64,000 nt of DNA from the human T2T-CHM13v2.0 reference genome, Homo sapiens: NCBI RefSeq assembly GCF_009914755.1, contig NC_060926.1. One strand, written 5' to 3'. A program made the translations under genes and the position numbers. The notes under the pieces were generated by a model, which was not told the origin of the DNA, ran no database searches, and was given only the letters and a program-made list of their open reading frames with translations. Below are positions 41,481 to 54,650 of this stretch, piece by piece (the first letter of the stretch is position 1; the number at the start of each line of letters is the position of its first letter).

Positions 41481-44400
41481 GCGAAGTGTGAAGAGAAACA
41501 GATGAGCAGTGTGTCAAGTAGGGAGGAGAGGCGACAGAACGGAGGGAAACTGGAATTGTGAGGATTCAGTGTATGGGACACACACAGATGTTGTTGGGGC
41601 GGTAGACAGGACTTGGGAACTAGATTTGAACTCTTATTTTACTATATGTATACTTATTTTACCCATTATTATACAATGCTACATATTCTGATAGTAAAAT
41701 AAGTATAACCACATCTACCATGTTCACATCTTGAAGAGGGTTGAAGAAAATCAAATGACGTGGCTTCGAAGTCCTTCCTCCGAACCAGATAGGTTCTGCT
41801 CAGTGAGTGAGGGTGTATTTGCCTAGACATGCAAATGAATGAATGAGAGAAGTGCACGAGAAAACCTACTATCACCAAAGACCTACGTCAGTTTTCCCAA
41901 ACAGCTTTATTAGTAATACAGCTAACATTTAAATTCAAAAATGATAAAATGAGGAGAAATGCTTACATTTGTCATTTGTATTAGGGATGAGTGACTACAA
42001 TTGGGAAACAGAGAGGAAGACATTTTTGTATTTGAATTGTTGATAGATGGTAATGCTAAGAACAGGATAAAGAATGGAGGAGAAAAATGAGGAGAAGCTG
42101 GGGAGAGACTTCAGGTAGGATCTACTGTTTTTTTACAGTTGGTGAGGTGCCTGCATGTCCTCATCATTGAGCTACAATTTTGTTTTGATGTCAACCAAGG
42201 TGTAAAAACTAGATCATCCGTATACAGGTGGCAGTTACACTTGTGGGAGGGAATGTGATGCCCAGGAATTTGTGTAATAATTCATGTGTTAGACAGTTGA
42301 ATCATGAATAGTGAATGCAGAAAGCAAACATATGATGTAAATTCTTGAATGATATTTATCTCGGAGAATCAGGAGACCCTGAAATGAGCAAAAAGAGGAT
42401 GACTGCCCCATGAAAGGAGCCCTAGAGGGAAGAGCGAAAAGAGATAGAAGAATGTATTAGGGTGTGAACATCACACAACTGATGGATAGGATAAGACCTG
42501 AGAAAGGGATCATTACTCTTGCCCCAAGAGAGTCAGTGGTGTCTTGCATTGAGTACTTTTCAGTGGAGTGGCTGGAGATGAAATACAATTGCAGGAAATT
42601 AAAGAATGCATGGAGGTAAAAACAAAGAAACAGAAATGCAGTCTACACTTTCAAGAAGGTTGATGATGATGGAAAGAAATGTGTTTGAGAATAAAACACC
42701 CCGTGAAAGATTAGCATGCAAAGACAATACAACAAACCAATATACTGTTTTGTTTTTCCCTTTGGTCCTATTCCAACTAGCTAATGGTGGCTGTATAGCC
42801 TTCTTATATGACTCACCATTTAGTTTAGGTTTTCTGTCTCCAGGGAGAGCATAACATGGTAAACCCTTGGAATATCATGTCTCCTTTGCTAGTTTTCTTC
42901 TTTCCAGTTCAGGGGATTGCAGTGATATTTTCCATCATTGACTGCAGCAAAGATCCCAAAGGTGGAAATATGCCTCCCTCAAAGGTACTGATGTCATCTC
43001 CATTAGGAGGAATTTCTGTATAATCTCACTAAAGACACCATGAAGATTTGTCCTGTGTTTTCAGTGTCTGATGGATGCTGCTGTAAGGCAGCTCTTAGTT
43101 TTTATTTGCACTTTTATGCTTTAATGCAATTCTCCCTCTCTCTAGGACTCAAGTATGAGTCCCACAGGAGAAGGGCTGGCAGAGGCATTAAGTGCTAGAC
43201 CATGAGCTTTATTGCATCATTCTTTCATTCAGACCTGGCTCGTGGTTTTAAACTATAGTTGTATACTCTGGCCTCTTTTTCTTTAGAAGATATTTCTTTC
43301 TTTTTTCTTTTTTTTAAGGGGCCTCTCTGACTATGCTTACAGACTTCTTTTTCTTTGTGAGTCAATCCTGCTTGCCCATCACAAGTACTCAGATTAGGCT
43401 ACCAATTGGAGTAACCTGCTGCTACGTTAGTTATTACAGAGGGAATTGTGTTACACAGAGGGAATAAGTTATACAGAGGTAATGATGAAGTAGGTAAAGT
43501 TCAAATTGCTGTTCTCTTGCTTTTCATTGAATAAGGGAGGGAGATGGGGTAAAGGGTAGCAAACTGATAATGGAAAGGAAGAGTGGTGCTACTTTCATTA
43601 ATATCTAAAAAGCAATAGCCGACATAACTGTCTTCATGCTAAAATCAAAAGTGTAAGCAATATGATAATTCTTAATACTGCCATGTGCAGATGTACCAAT
43701 CATGCTTGTGTTAATGCACCATGTAACCGAGAAGATGAAGAAATCAAAGACATGTGATTACATCCAAAGACCAGGAGAAAATCACGATAGTATTGAGGAT
43801 ACTTTCAAAGTAAGTGGCTAAGGAAAATTTTGCTACATCTTTCATGAATGTCACAGAAAAAGAGACAGTTTGAAAATGGAAATTTTTCCAAATCTTATTG
43901 AAGTTTTGCTAGTATATTTTACTGAGAATTGAGCAATGATTTTTGAGATCTTCATTATGCTGAAGATTAAAAATACCAAGTTGTTGTTTCTAAACTCATT
44001 TTTTTCAGAGAATAGATAGCTTTTCAGCATTTAATATGTACAATAAATTGCACTGTGGCGATACACAGATGAATCTGACACAGTGTCTATTCTATTTAAT
44101 TAATGTCCTGATATAAAACGCACTTTAGAAAACATTAAGCATTATAAGGGGTAAATTATTGAAGGTGTTCAAACAGATTATGTTCATATATAGCGATTAG
44201 GAAAAGCCTTGTAAAAATTTTGGCATTAGTTGGACCTTTATAATAGATAGCACTTAGAATGGCAAGAGAAAATATGGTGCCTTCCAAATAGAGGGAACCA
44301 CATAAATCACGTGGTAGAAGACACAAGCAATGAACATAGAATGCATGGCCTCTTTTTATTGGGTCGAGTGATTTTATGAAAGAAGTTAAGAGAAATGAGG

Positions 44401-47400
44401 TTGAAAATGCAGTTTGAGGCAAGTCATTTCATACCATAATAAGGAGTGTGGGTTTTATCTGAAATAATTTCATTGGGTAACTTTAAAACAACTTGTTAAA
44501 TGATCTGATCGGAAATTCTACATAGAAGCTACTGCAGATAGCAAGCCTTTTGAGTTCTACTTTTTTTCCCCTTTCAACAACTTCTACGTAAGAAGAATTA
44601 AAGTCCACAGACTATCAGAATTAAGGGAACTTTGATTTTCTTCCTCAAAATGATGCCTACTGTTAAGTATGAAAGGTTAACCTTACTCCAGGAAAGGAAG
44701 AGTAAATCTATGGGGTCAGGAAGGCTGTTGTGGTGAATGGATAACTTAATGAAATGATCAAATAGTCCTGAATGATGTTAATTAGGGCAATTTTGTATTA
44801 CTATAATTGCTTTGTATTTATTGAATTATTGCAATGGGTGAGTTACTAGACAGAAAGAAATCTATGCAGTACGCTGACCAAACACTGAAAGGATGACAGA
44901 ATTGGAATGCTCTTGGCTGTTCAATTCACTGCTTAAGCAGTCTCCAAATACATTAGGCTATTTTTTTTCTTTTTCTCTTTTTCTTCTTGCTCATTATCTG
45001 CTCATTGTCCTTGGATGGGACAGTTCCTTATTTGAGAGTATATCACATGTTCAGATCTTTTTCATATATACTTTCCTGGCAGACACTGATTCTACAAGTG
45101 TTGTACATTGTTTAATGATTTTGTAAAACAGATATTTACTGAGAGACTGCAGTAAGACAGACTCATTACCCAAGATCAGTGAACCCACTGCATGCAATAG
45201 ATGAGGAAGCTTCTCTCCCATAATTCCGAACTGAAATACAAATGCTGCCTTTAGTCGCAGAAGTTAAAACCTTAAAAGTTTGTGTTGAATAGGGAATGTC
45301 ATTGGGGGACATATCGAACCATGTGTTAAGATGTGTGAATGGAAGGGTCTGGAGAAAAGAGAGAAGATTGGAAGAGAAATGTATGGGTGGTACATGTAGG
45401 GAATAGGGACTCAAAGGGAATGTCTGAGCAATGGGAGACACTGTGAGGCCATGGGATGTGGCAATGGCAGCCTCAGCTCATAGTACGGTTACATTATTTA
45501 TTCTTTTTAGTTTTCCAGAAAAAAAATAATATTGCCAAGTATGCCAACCTAAATAACAACTCATGTTTCAACACTGTATTTTCTAGGTTGTTACTGGCAA
45601 CTTAGAAAGCCTTTACTTTGGAAAGAGTGCTTGAGTGGTATTGAGGTTCCCACATTGGCTTAGCAAAGTCTTCTTTGATAACTTACTTCTAGAATTATAT
45701 TAATGAACAGTAGTAACTTGCTATTTCAAACATGATCTTTATGGGGAAATGTGTACTGAACTCCAGTAAAATGACAACAGCATATATGTCCACACCATGA
45801 CAGTCTTTTATGCCACTGGAAAATGTTCAGAAGTGGAGGCTTCCTGCCAGCAGTAGTGGACAGAAGAATGAAAGTAAGAGTCAGATTTTTTGGAAAAGCA
45901 TTTCATAGCTTTCGTCCCCGGTGGCTTTGGAGGAATATGCCACTTCTGTTACTGTGGGAAGTGCAGTCAGAAATAATAGTAACAGTGGTAGCTGCCAGGG
46001 ATAGGTCTGTGGACTTTGGGAACTGAAGTACTTGAATTTGCTATCTTTATCTTGATTGGAATCTATGACTATTTTAAACACTTTCTCCAATTTACAACGG
46101 CTTCTCTAAGAAAAGCTTCACAGCTTTCTTTCAGAAAAGCTTTGAGAGGTAGGTTTGATTGGCCTAGTTTTATTAATGATGGCTTTAAAGCATATTGAGA
46201 TTGAGGCTGTCACTGCCAAACATAGCACCTCTCTTTGTGAGGCCCTATTTCTCCAACATACACATTTCTCACTCTCTGCCACTTTTTCAGCTGTCCAGTT
46301 TCTCTGCTGATCTGTAAATTCAGTCATGGAGGAAGAATAAGCTTAATATAATCTTCTTATTAGAAAGCTTTTACTGCGACAAAAAATCCCCAGGATCTTA
46401 GCTCTAAGTCTCTTCAACCCCTGTCTATAGGACCTACGTAAAGGGCAAAAGTGTAAAATAAATAAAAGGAGATAAAATGAGGAGAGGGGCAAAAACGAAA
46501 GAATTACTTATTAGGAAAAGTAAGAGAATGTGAAAAAGAATTATTTGCAATGTCAAGGTTTACATACTTCTCCAGGTCAAGTTTATTTTTCTCCAACATT
46601 ATTAATGATTTATTGAATCTGAACCCCAAGCATAATTCTGTTCTAGGCAGTGAGGAGTCATAAATATGATAGAAAATGTTCTTACCTTCAGAGTGGTTAC
46701 AATGTGATAGAAAAGTGTATATTTATAAAATATTCTAAGTTATTTCAAAATAGAATTGAGAATGTGACAAAAGCATAGGCTGTAGAAAAAATGGTTTTAG
46801 GTAGATTTTCTCTGGGCAGCCCCACCTTCCAGTATCAGTAAAAAACCTGTGTTGAAAATTGCTACCAGACAATCTCTCTTGTTGAGCATGTCTAAAAAAG
46901 TTTCATGCCTATCAGTTTTGTATTCTATCACATATCAGTATGGTGCCCTTAAGCAGATTCCAAGAGGACCTCCTCAATCGGAACATATCGCCTCATAAAT
47001 TATAGGATTAATTTGTTTTAAAGATGCCAACTTTCTCTCTTATTCAGGAATGCTTTTTTTCTGAAAATATACTTAGAATCTTAGTAGATACTCTCGTGAA
47101 TTTCATGACTAATTCTAATTTGTTCAATAAACTGTTGATTAAATTACATAAAATTTGGACACACTGGATAATAAGTACAGAGAACTCATCCCTGTCCCTT
47201 CAACCTTGCTGTGGGAGCCACTGTTCTTAATTTTCTAAATAATTCCAGTGAGTACTTTTACTTAAATTATTTGAATAATTCCACCTGTGCAAACCTGACT
47301 GCAATGGGCTGTTAACCTAGAAACCCTGAGTATTAGATTATATCTGAAATAATTGCCAAGCTTATTGTTTAGTTTAACCCTAGTTTAACTCAGATATACC

Positions 47401-47856
47401 AATGCCTCATTATGTTTGTTAACTCTATTCTGATTCTTCACATATGATTAATTATGATTTATTGAGAACATCGTTTTCCCTCTGTGTTTACTACAGTCCA
47501 CAGAGTCTATAGGAGCGGAAATCTAATGGGTTTGGTGTTCACTGGAGTTGTTCCTTTGAAATAATTAAGGCTTTATTTTAAACTTAGCAATAGGGTAAGG
47601 ACTGCCAGATATTTCTTTATGTACTTGAATAAAATTTGCTTAAATTCTTCAAATCTCTGGTCTCAAACTAATTGATTTCTCTGATGCAGTGCTTCCTTCT
47701 CCCAATTGTGTGCCTTTAAATGAAAAATCTCTCTTCTAACCCTCTAGCTATAAGGAGTTTGCCAAAGGCAAAGTTGTTAACCAAGATTTTTATTTTGACC
47801 CATAGTTCCAGCTTTCTTTTCGTTTTGACAGTTAATATGAATATACAGAATCTCAG

Positions 47857-50800
47857 TGTATTAGGCTATTCTTGTGTTGCTATAAAGCAATATCTGAGAC
47901 TGGGTAATTTATGAAGAAAAGAGGTTTAACTGGCTCTGTAAGGTGTACGGGAAGCATGGTGCCAACATCTGGTTGGCTTCTGGGGAGGTCTCAGGGAGCT
48001 TACAATCATGGAAGAAGGTGAAGCAGGAGCAGGCATATCACATGGTGAGAACAGGAGCAGGAGAGGGAGTGGGGGAGGTGCCACACACTTTAAACAACCA
48101 GATGTTGTGAGAGGACAGCACCAAACCATGAGGGAGCCTTCCCTATGACCCAGATTCCACTAGTCTCTGCCTTCAACACTGGGGATTACATCTGCACATG
48201 AGATTTGGAGGGAACATATATCCAAACTATATCATTCCACCCCGAACCTACAATCTCATTTCCTTCTCACATTACAAAATACAAAAATCTTGTCCCAATA
48301 GTCCCCCAATGTCTTATTTCATCCCAGCATTAACTCAAAAGTCCTAAGTCCAAAGTTCCATCTGAGACAAGGTGAGTCCCTTACACCTATGAGCCTGCAA
48401 ATTCAAAGCAATTTATTTACTTCCAAGATGAAAGGTGGGTGCAGGCATTGGATAAACATTTCTGCTCCAAAAAAGAGAAACTGGCTAAAAGAAAGGGGCC
48501 CTAGGTCCCATGCGAGTTTGAAACCTGGCAGGACAGTCATTAAACCTCAAAACTTCAAAATAATTTTGTTTTACTACATGTCCCACATCCAAGGCACACT
48601 GCTGCAAGGGGTTGGCTCCCAAGGGCTTGGACAGCTCCACCTCTGTGGCCACTGCTCTATCAGGCTGTTGGGTGTTTTTCCAAGTGCAGGATGCAAACTG
48701 CTGGTGGATCTACCATTCTGAGGTCTCTAGGGCAGTGTCCTCCTTCCCCCAGCTTCACTAGGCAATGCCACAGTGGGAACTCCTTGTGGGCCCTCCAACC
48801 CCATATTTCCCTTCTGCACTTCCCTGGTAGAGCTTCTCTTTAAGGGCTCTGCCCCTGAAGCAGGCTTCTGCCTGGGCGGCCAGGCTTTTCTATACACCCT
48901 CTGAAATATAAGTGGAAGCTCCCAAGCCTTCTTAACTCTTGTACTCTGCATGCCTGCACGCTTAACACCAGGTGAAGGCCACTGTGTTGGTCCATTCTCA
49001 TGCTTCTAATAAAGACATACCTGAGACTGGGTAATTTATAAGGAAAGAGGTTTAATTGACTCACAGTACAGAATTGCTGGGGTGGCCTTGAGAAACCTAC
49101 AATCATGGTGGAAGGGGAGGCAAACATGTTCTTCACATGGAGGCAACAAAGAGAGTGCCAAAGAAAAGAGGGGAAAACCCCTTATAAAACTGTCAGATCT
49201 CATGAAAACTCACTCATTATGATGAAAACAGGATGAGGGGAGTGACCCCCCATGATTCAATTTTCTCCACCTGCTCTCTCCCATGACACATGAGGATTAT
49301 GGGAACTATAATTCAAGATGAGATTTGGGTGGGGATATAGCCAAACCATATTATTCCACCCCTGGACCCTCCCAAATCTCATGTGCTTGCAATTTAAAAT
49401 GCAGTAACGCCCTTCCAACAGTCCCGCAAAGTCTTAACTCATTCCAACATTAACCCGGAAAGCCAAGTCCAATGTCTCATCTGAGAAAAGGCAAGTCCCT
49501 TCTTCTTATGAGCCTGTAAAATCAAAAGCAAGTTAGTTACTTCACAGATACAATGGGAGTGCAGACATTGGGTAAATACACCCATTCCAGATGGGGGAAA
49601 TTGGCCAAAACAGAGGGGCTACAGGCCCCACGCAAGTCTGAAATTCAATAGGGTAGTCATTAAACCTTAAAGTTCCAAAATTATCTCCTTTGACTCCATG
49701 TCTCAGATCCAGGTCACCCTGATGCAAGAGGTGGGCTCCCACAGCATTTGGCCGCTCCATCCCTGTGGCTTTTCGGGGTACAGGTGCTCTTCCGGCTGCT
49801 TTCATGGGCTGGCGTTGTCTGTGGCTTTACAGGTGCCCAGTTCAAGCTGTCAGTGGATCTGCCATTCTGGGATCTGGAGGACAGTCGTCCTCTTCTCACA
49901 GCTCCACTAGATAGTGAAGCAATGGGGACTGTGTGTGGGGGCTCCAGTCCCACATTTGCCTTCCACACTGCCGTAGGAGAGGTTCTCCATGAAGGCTCTG
50001 TCTGTGCAGCATACCTCTGCCTGGACACCAGGGCATTTCTGTAAATCTTCTGAAATCTAGGCGGAGGTTCCCAAATCTCAACTTTTGACTTCTGTGCACC
50101 TGCAGGCTCAACACCATGTGGAAGCTCTCAAGGCTTGGAGCTTGCAGCCTCTGTACCCGTGGCCTGAGCTGTACCTTGGTCCCTTTTAGCCGTGGCTGGA
50201 GTGGCTAGGAGACAGAGCGCCGAGTCCCTATGCTGCACACAGTAGGGGAGCCTTGGCCCAGGCCCACAAAACCATTTTTCCTTCCTGTGCCTCTTGGCCT
50301 GTGATAGGAGGGGCTGCCACAGAGGTCTCTGACATGCCCTAAGGAGACTTTCCCCATTTTCTTGGTAATTAACACTCTGCTCCTTGTTACTTATGCAAAT
50401 TTCTGTAACCAGCTTTAATTTCTCCCCAGAAAATGGGGTTTTCTTTTCTATCATATTGTCGGGCTGCAAATTTTCCAAACTTTTACGCTCTGCTTCCTCT
50501 TTAATTATTTGACGCTTAGAATTGTCTTCTACCAGATATCCTAGATCATCTCTCTCAGGTTAAAATTTCCACAGATATTTAGGGCAGGGGCAAAATGCTG
50601 CCAGTCTCTTTGCTTAAGTATAACAAGTGTCACCTTTGCTTCCGTTTCCAACAAGTTCTTAGACTACTGTGGCCTGGGCGTCATTGTCCATATCACTATC
50701 AGATTTTGGTCAAAACCATTCAACAAGTCTCTAGAAAGTTCCAAACCTTCCCACATCTTCCTGTCTTCTGAGCCCTCCAAGTCTCTAGGAAGTTCCAAAG

Positions 50801-52558
50801 TTTCCCACATTTTCCTGTCTTCTTCTGTGCCCTCCAAACCGTTTTGACCTTTGCCTGTTACCCAGTTCAAAAGCCGCTTCCACGTTTTCGGGTCTCTTTA
50901 CGGCAGCACCCAACTTTCTGTGGTACCAATTTACTATAGTAGTTTGTTCTCATGCTGCTAATAAAGACATACATGAGACCGGGTAATTTATAAAGGAAAG
51001 AAGTTTAATTGACTCACAGTTCAGCATGGCTGGGGAGGCCTCAGGAAACTTACAATCATGATGGAAGGGGAAGCAAACACGTCTTTCTTCATATAGCGGC
51101 AGCAAGGAGAAGTGCCAAGCAAAAGGGGGAAAAGCCATTTATAAAATCATCAGATCTCGTGAGAATTCACTCACTATCAAAAGAACAGCATGGAGGTAAC
51201 CACTCCCATGATTCAATTACCTCCCTCTGGGTCCTTTCACAGCATGTGGGGATTATGGGGACTACAATTCAAGATGAGATTTGAGTGGAGAGAGCCCCAA
51301 ACCTTGTCAGCCACCGAGGCTTATGGCATGCCTTCTCTGAAGCAGCAGACTGAGCAGTACCTGGGACCCTCTGAGCCTGTGGCTGGAGTTGGAGCAGTCA
51401 GGATTCAGGGAGTAGTGTTCCGAGGTAGTGTATGGCTCTGATACTCTGGGCCTGGCCCATGAAAACATTTTTTCTCCTAGGCCAAAGGGTCTTTGATGGG
51501 AGTGGATACCTGGAAGACTGCTGAAATGCCTTTGAGGCCTTTTCCCCATTGTCTTGTCTATCAGCACCTGGCTATTTTTGAGTCATGCAAATGTATTAAG
51601 TGGTTGCTTCACAGCCCACTTGGATTCTTCCCCTGAAAATTTTCTAACACCTGGCCAAGCTGCAGATTTTTTAAACTTTTACACTCTTCTTCCTTCTTAA
51701 ACAGATGTTCCAACTTTAACATCAATTATTTGCTCCTGCATCTGAATGAAGGCTGCTTGTTAGAAGCAGCCAGGCCACATCTTGTACACGTGGCTGGTTA
51801 GAAATTTCTTCCCACAGATACTCTAAATTATGACTCTGAAGTTCCACCTTCCACAAATCCTTAGGGCATAAACAGAATGCAGCCAAGTTATTCACTAAGG
51901 CACAACATGTATGACCTTTGCTCCAGTTCCCAGTAGGTGCCTTACTTCCATCTGAGACCTTGTAAGCGTGAAATTTCACTGTCCATGTCATATCAGCATT
52001 TTGGTCTCAACCATTTAACCAGTCTCTAAGAAGTTCTAAACGTTTCCTTATCTTCCTGTTTTCTTCTGAGCCCTTCAAACTCTTCCAACCCTTTCCTGTT
52101 ACCCAGTTCCAAAGGTTCTTCCACATTTTCAGGTAATTTTTAGCAATACCCCACTCCTCAGTACAAATTTTCTGTATTAGGACATTCTCGTGTTGCTGTA
52201 AAGAAATACCTCAGATGGGGCAATTTATAAAGAAGAGAGGTGTAATTGACTCACAGTTCTGCAGGTTGTATAGGAGGCATGGTGCTGGTATCTACTTGGC
52301 TTCTGAAGCCTCAGGGAGCTCACAATCATGGCAGAAGGCAAGGGGGAAGCAGGCATGTCACATGGTGAAAACAGGAGCAAAAGAGGGAGTGAGGGAGGTG
52401 CCACACATTTTAAACAACTAGATTTTGTGAGAGGACAGCACCAAGCTGTGAAAGATTCTTCCTTATGTCCCAGAAACCACCCACCAGGCCCCATCTTCAA
52501 CACTGGGGATGATATCTGAGCATGATATTTGGAGAGGCCATATATCCAAACTGTGTCA
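47857..52558 (-). mobile_element. Full-length MST (MSTA/MSTB-type) MaLR: LTRs 47857-48234 and 52173-52558, internal region split by THE1
   Basis: Two direct LTRs TGTATTAGG...CCAAACT(A/G)T(A/G)TCA; perfect TSD CTCAG (47852-56, 52559-63). Confidence 0.95.
48983..51309 (-). mobile_element. Full-length THE1 (THE1C-like) MaLR: LTRs 48983-49353 and 50935-51309, ~1.6 kb internal region
   Basis: TTCTCATGCT(T/G)CTAATAAAGACATAC in both LTRs; perfect TSD GCCAC (48978-82, 51310-14). Confidence 0.95.
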
Positions 52559-53559
52559 CTCAGTATGGCATTTCATCTGGATAGGATGTACAACTAAGTA
52601 GAAGCCCCCTTAGTTTCAGATGTTGAGTATTTTTTTCCTAAGTTACATAACATTTGGTCTACATTAGTCCATTCATATAACATAGGTATATGCCTTGATG
52701 ATATAACCTATTTTGTCTTCTCGTTTAAAATCATTTAATAGAATGGATTTCAAGTCAGTAATGTCAACAGAATTGAATTCAAAGTTATAAAGAGTCCTAG
52801 AAGGGGTTTTTTTGTTAAGAGAAGGATTCAAACTGTGGAAAAGAGATAGGATATATGTAGAATTCCACTTGCAATTAAAATATATGTACCGTTATTTTCT
52901 CTTTTCCTCTACTCTTGTGATTACTTCTATTCCTTAAATGGAAACAGCTGTCATTAAAACGTGAAAATATTTCTGTTTAAAAGCAAATATTTATTGATGC
53001 TAAAAGCATCAAGGAAACAAACACACTTTCAAGTTAAATTTGTTATTGTCATGGTACACTGAAATAGATTTTGTTATACTTTATATGCCTGAAATTAGTA
53101 TGCTATGCAAAAGGATTAGAGTGAAAGATTTAAGCAGGTCAGCAGTGAAGATGCTGCCAGTAGCTGGTGTTAAATTGAACGTTTAATGTGTGTCAGCTAT
53201 ATGAATTTTTCTCTCTTAATTTTCATGGTAACTTGCTGAAATAGGTACCATTCCTATTTAATAGATGATAAAGTTATTCAGAGAGTTTAAATAGCTGATT
53301 GAAACGTAGGATAACAAAGACAATAATCCAGAAACAAAATTGTTCTAGCTTACACACTGTAGTATCCAAGTTGGCAAAAAAAAAAAAAAATCTTTAAAAT
53401 GTTGTTAAATAAATTATAATTAAATTGAAAATCACCCTAAATTGAATATAGAATAATTTGTAATAATAAATAAACATGCATTCAACATGTTAAATGAGAA
53501 AAAGCAGATTGCGCACTTCAGGTATAATGATTCTATTTTATTTCATGTGCTTACACACA

Positions 53560-53808
53560 TTGGGAGGCTGAGATGGGAGGATCACTTGAGGCCAGGAGCT
53601 TGAGACCAGCCTGGATAACATAGTGAGATGAGGGCATCTCTACTACTTAGGGCACACTGGCATGCTCCTGTAGTCCCAGATACTGTGCAAGCTGAAGTGG
53701 GAGGATCACTTGAGCCTGAGGCTGCACTGAGCTGTGATAGCACCACTGCACTCCAGCCTGGGCAACAGAGTGAGGCCCTCTCTCAAAAAGTAAATAAAAA
53801 ATAAATAA
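53560..53808 (+). mobile_element. AluJ-like, 5'-truncated with internal deletions
   Basis: GGAGGATCACTTGAG in both arms; TSD-like TGTGCTTACA (53546, 53810). Confidence 0.9.
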
Positions 53809-53834
53809 TTGTGCTTACATATTTATCTTACCAA

Positions 53835-54650
<816 letters not shown>

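Noticed and set aside
50725-50836. ~54-bp tandem duplication in THE1-int
   Set aside because: As I recall it is a shared feature of some THE1-int subfamilies rather than locus-specific; not verified.
48389-51991. Dense cluster of 60-116 aa ORFs
   Set aside because: Broken frames of MaLR internal and LTR sequence; no intact ORF.
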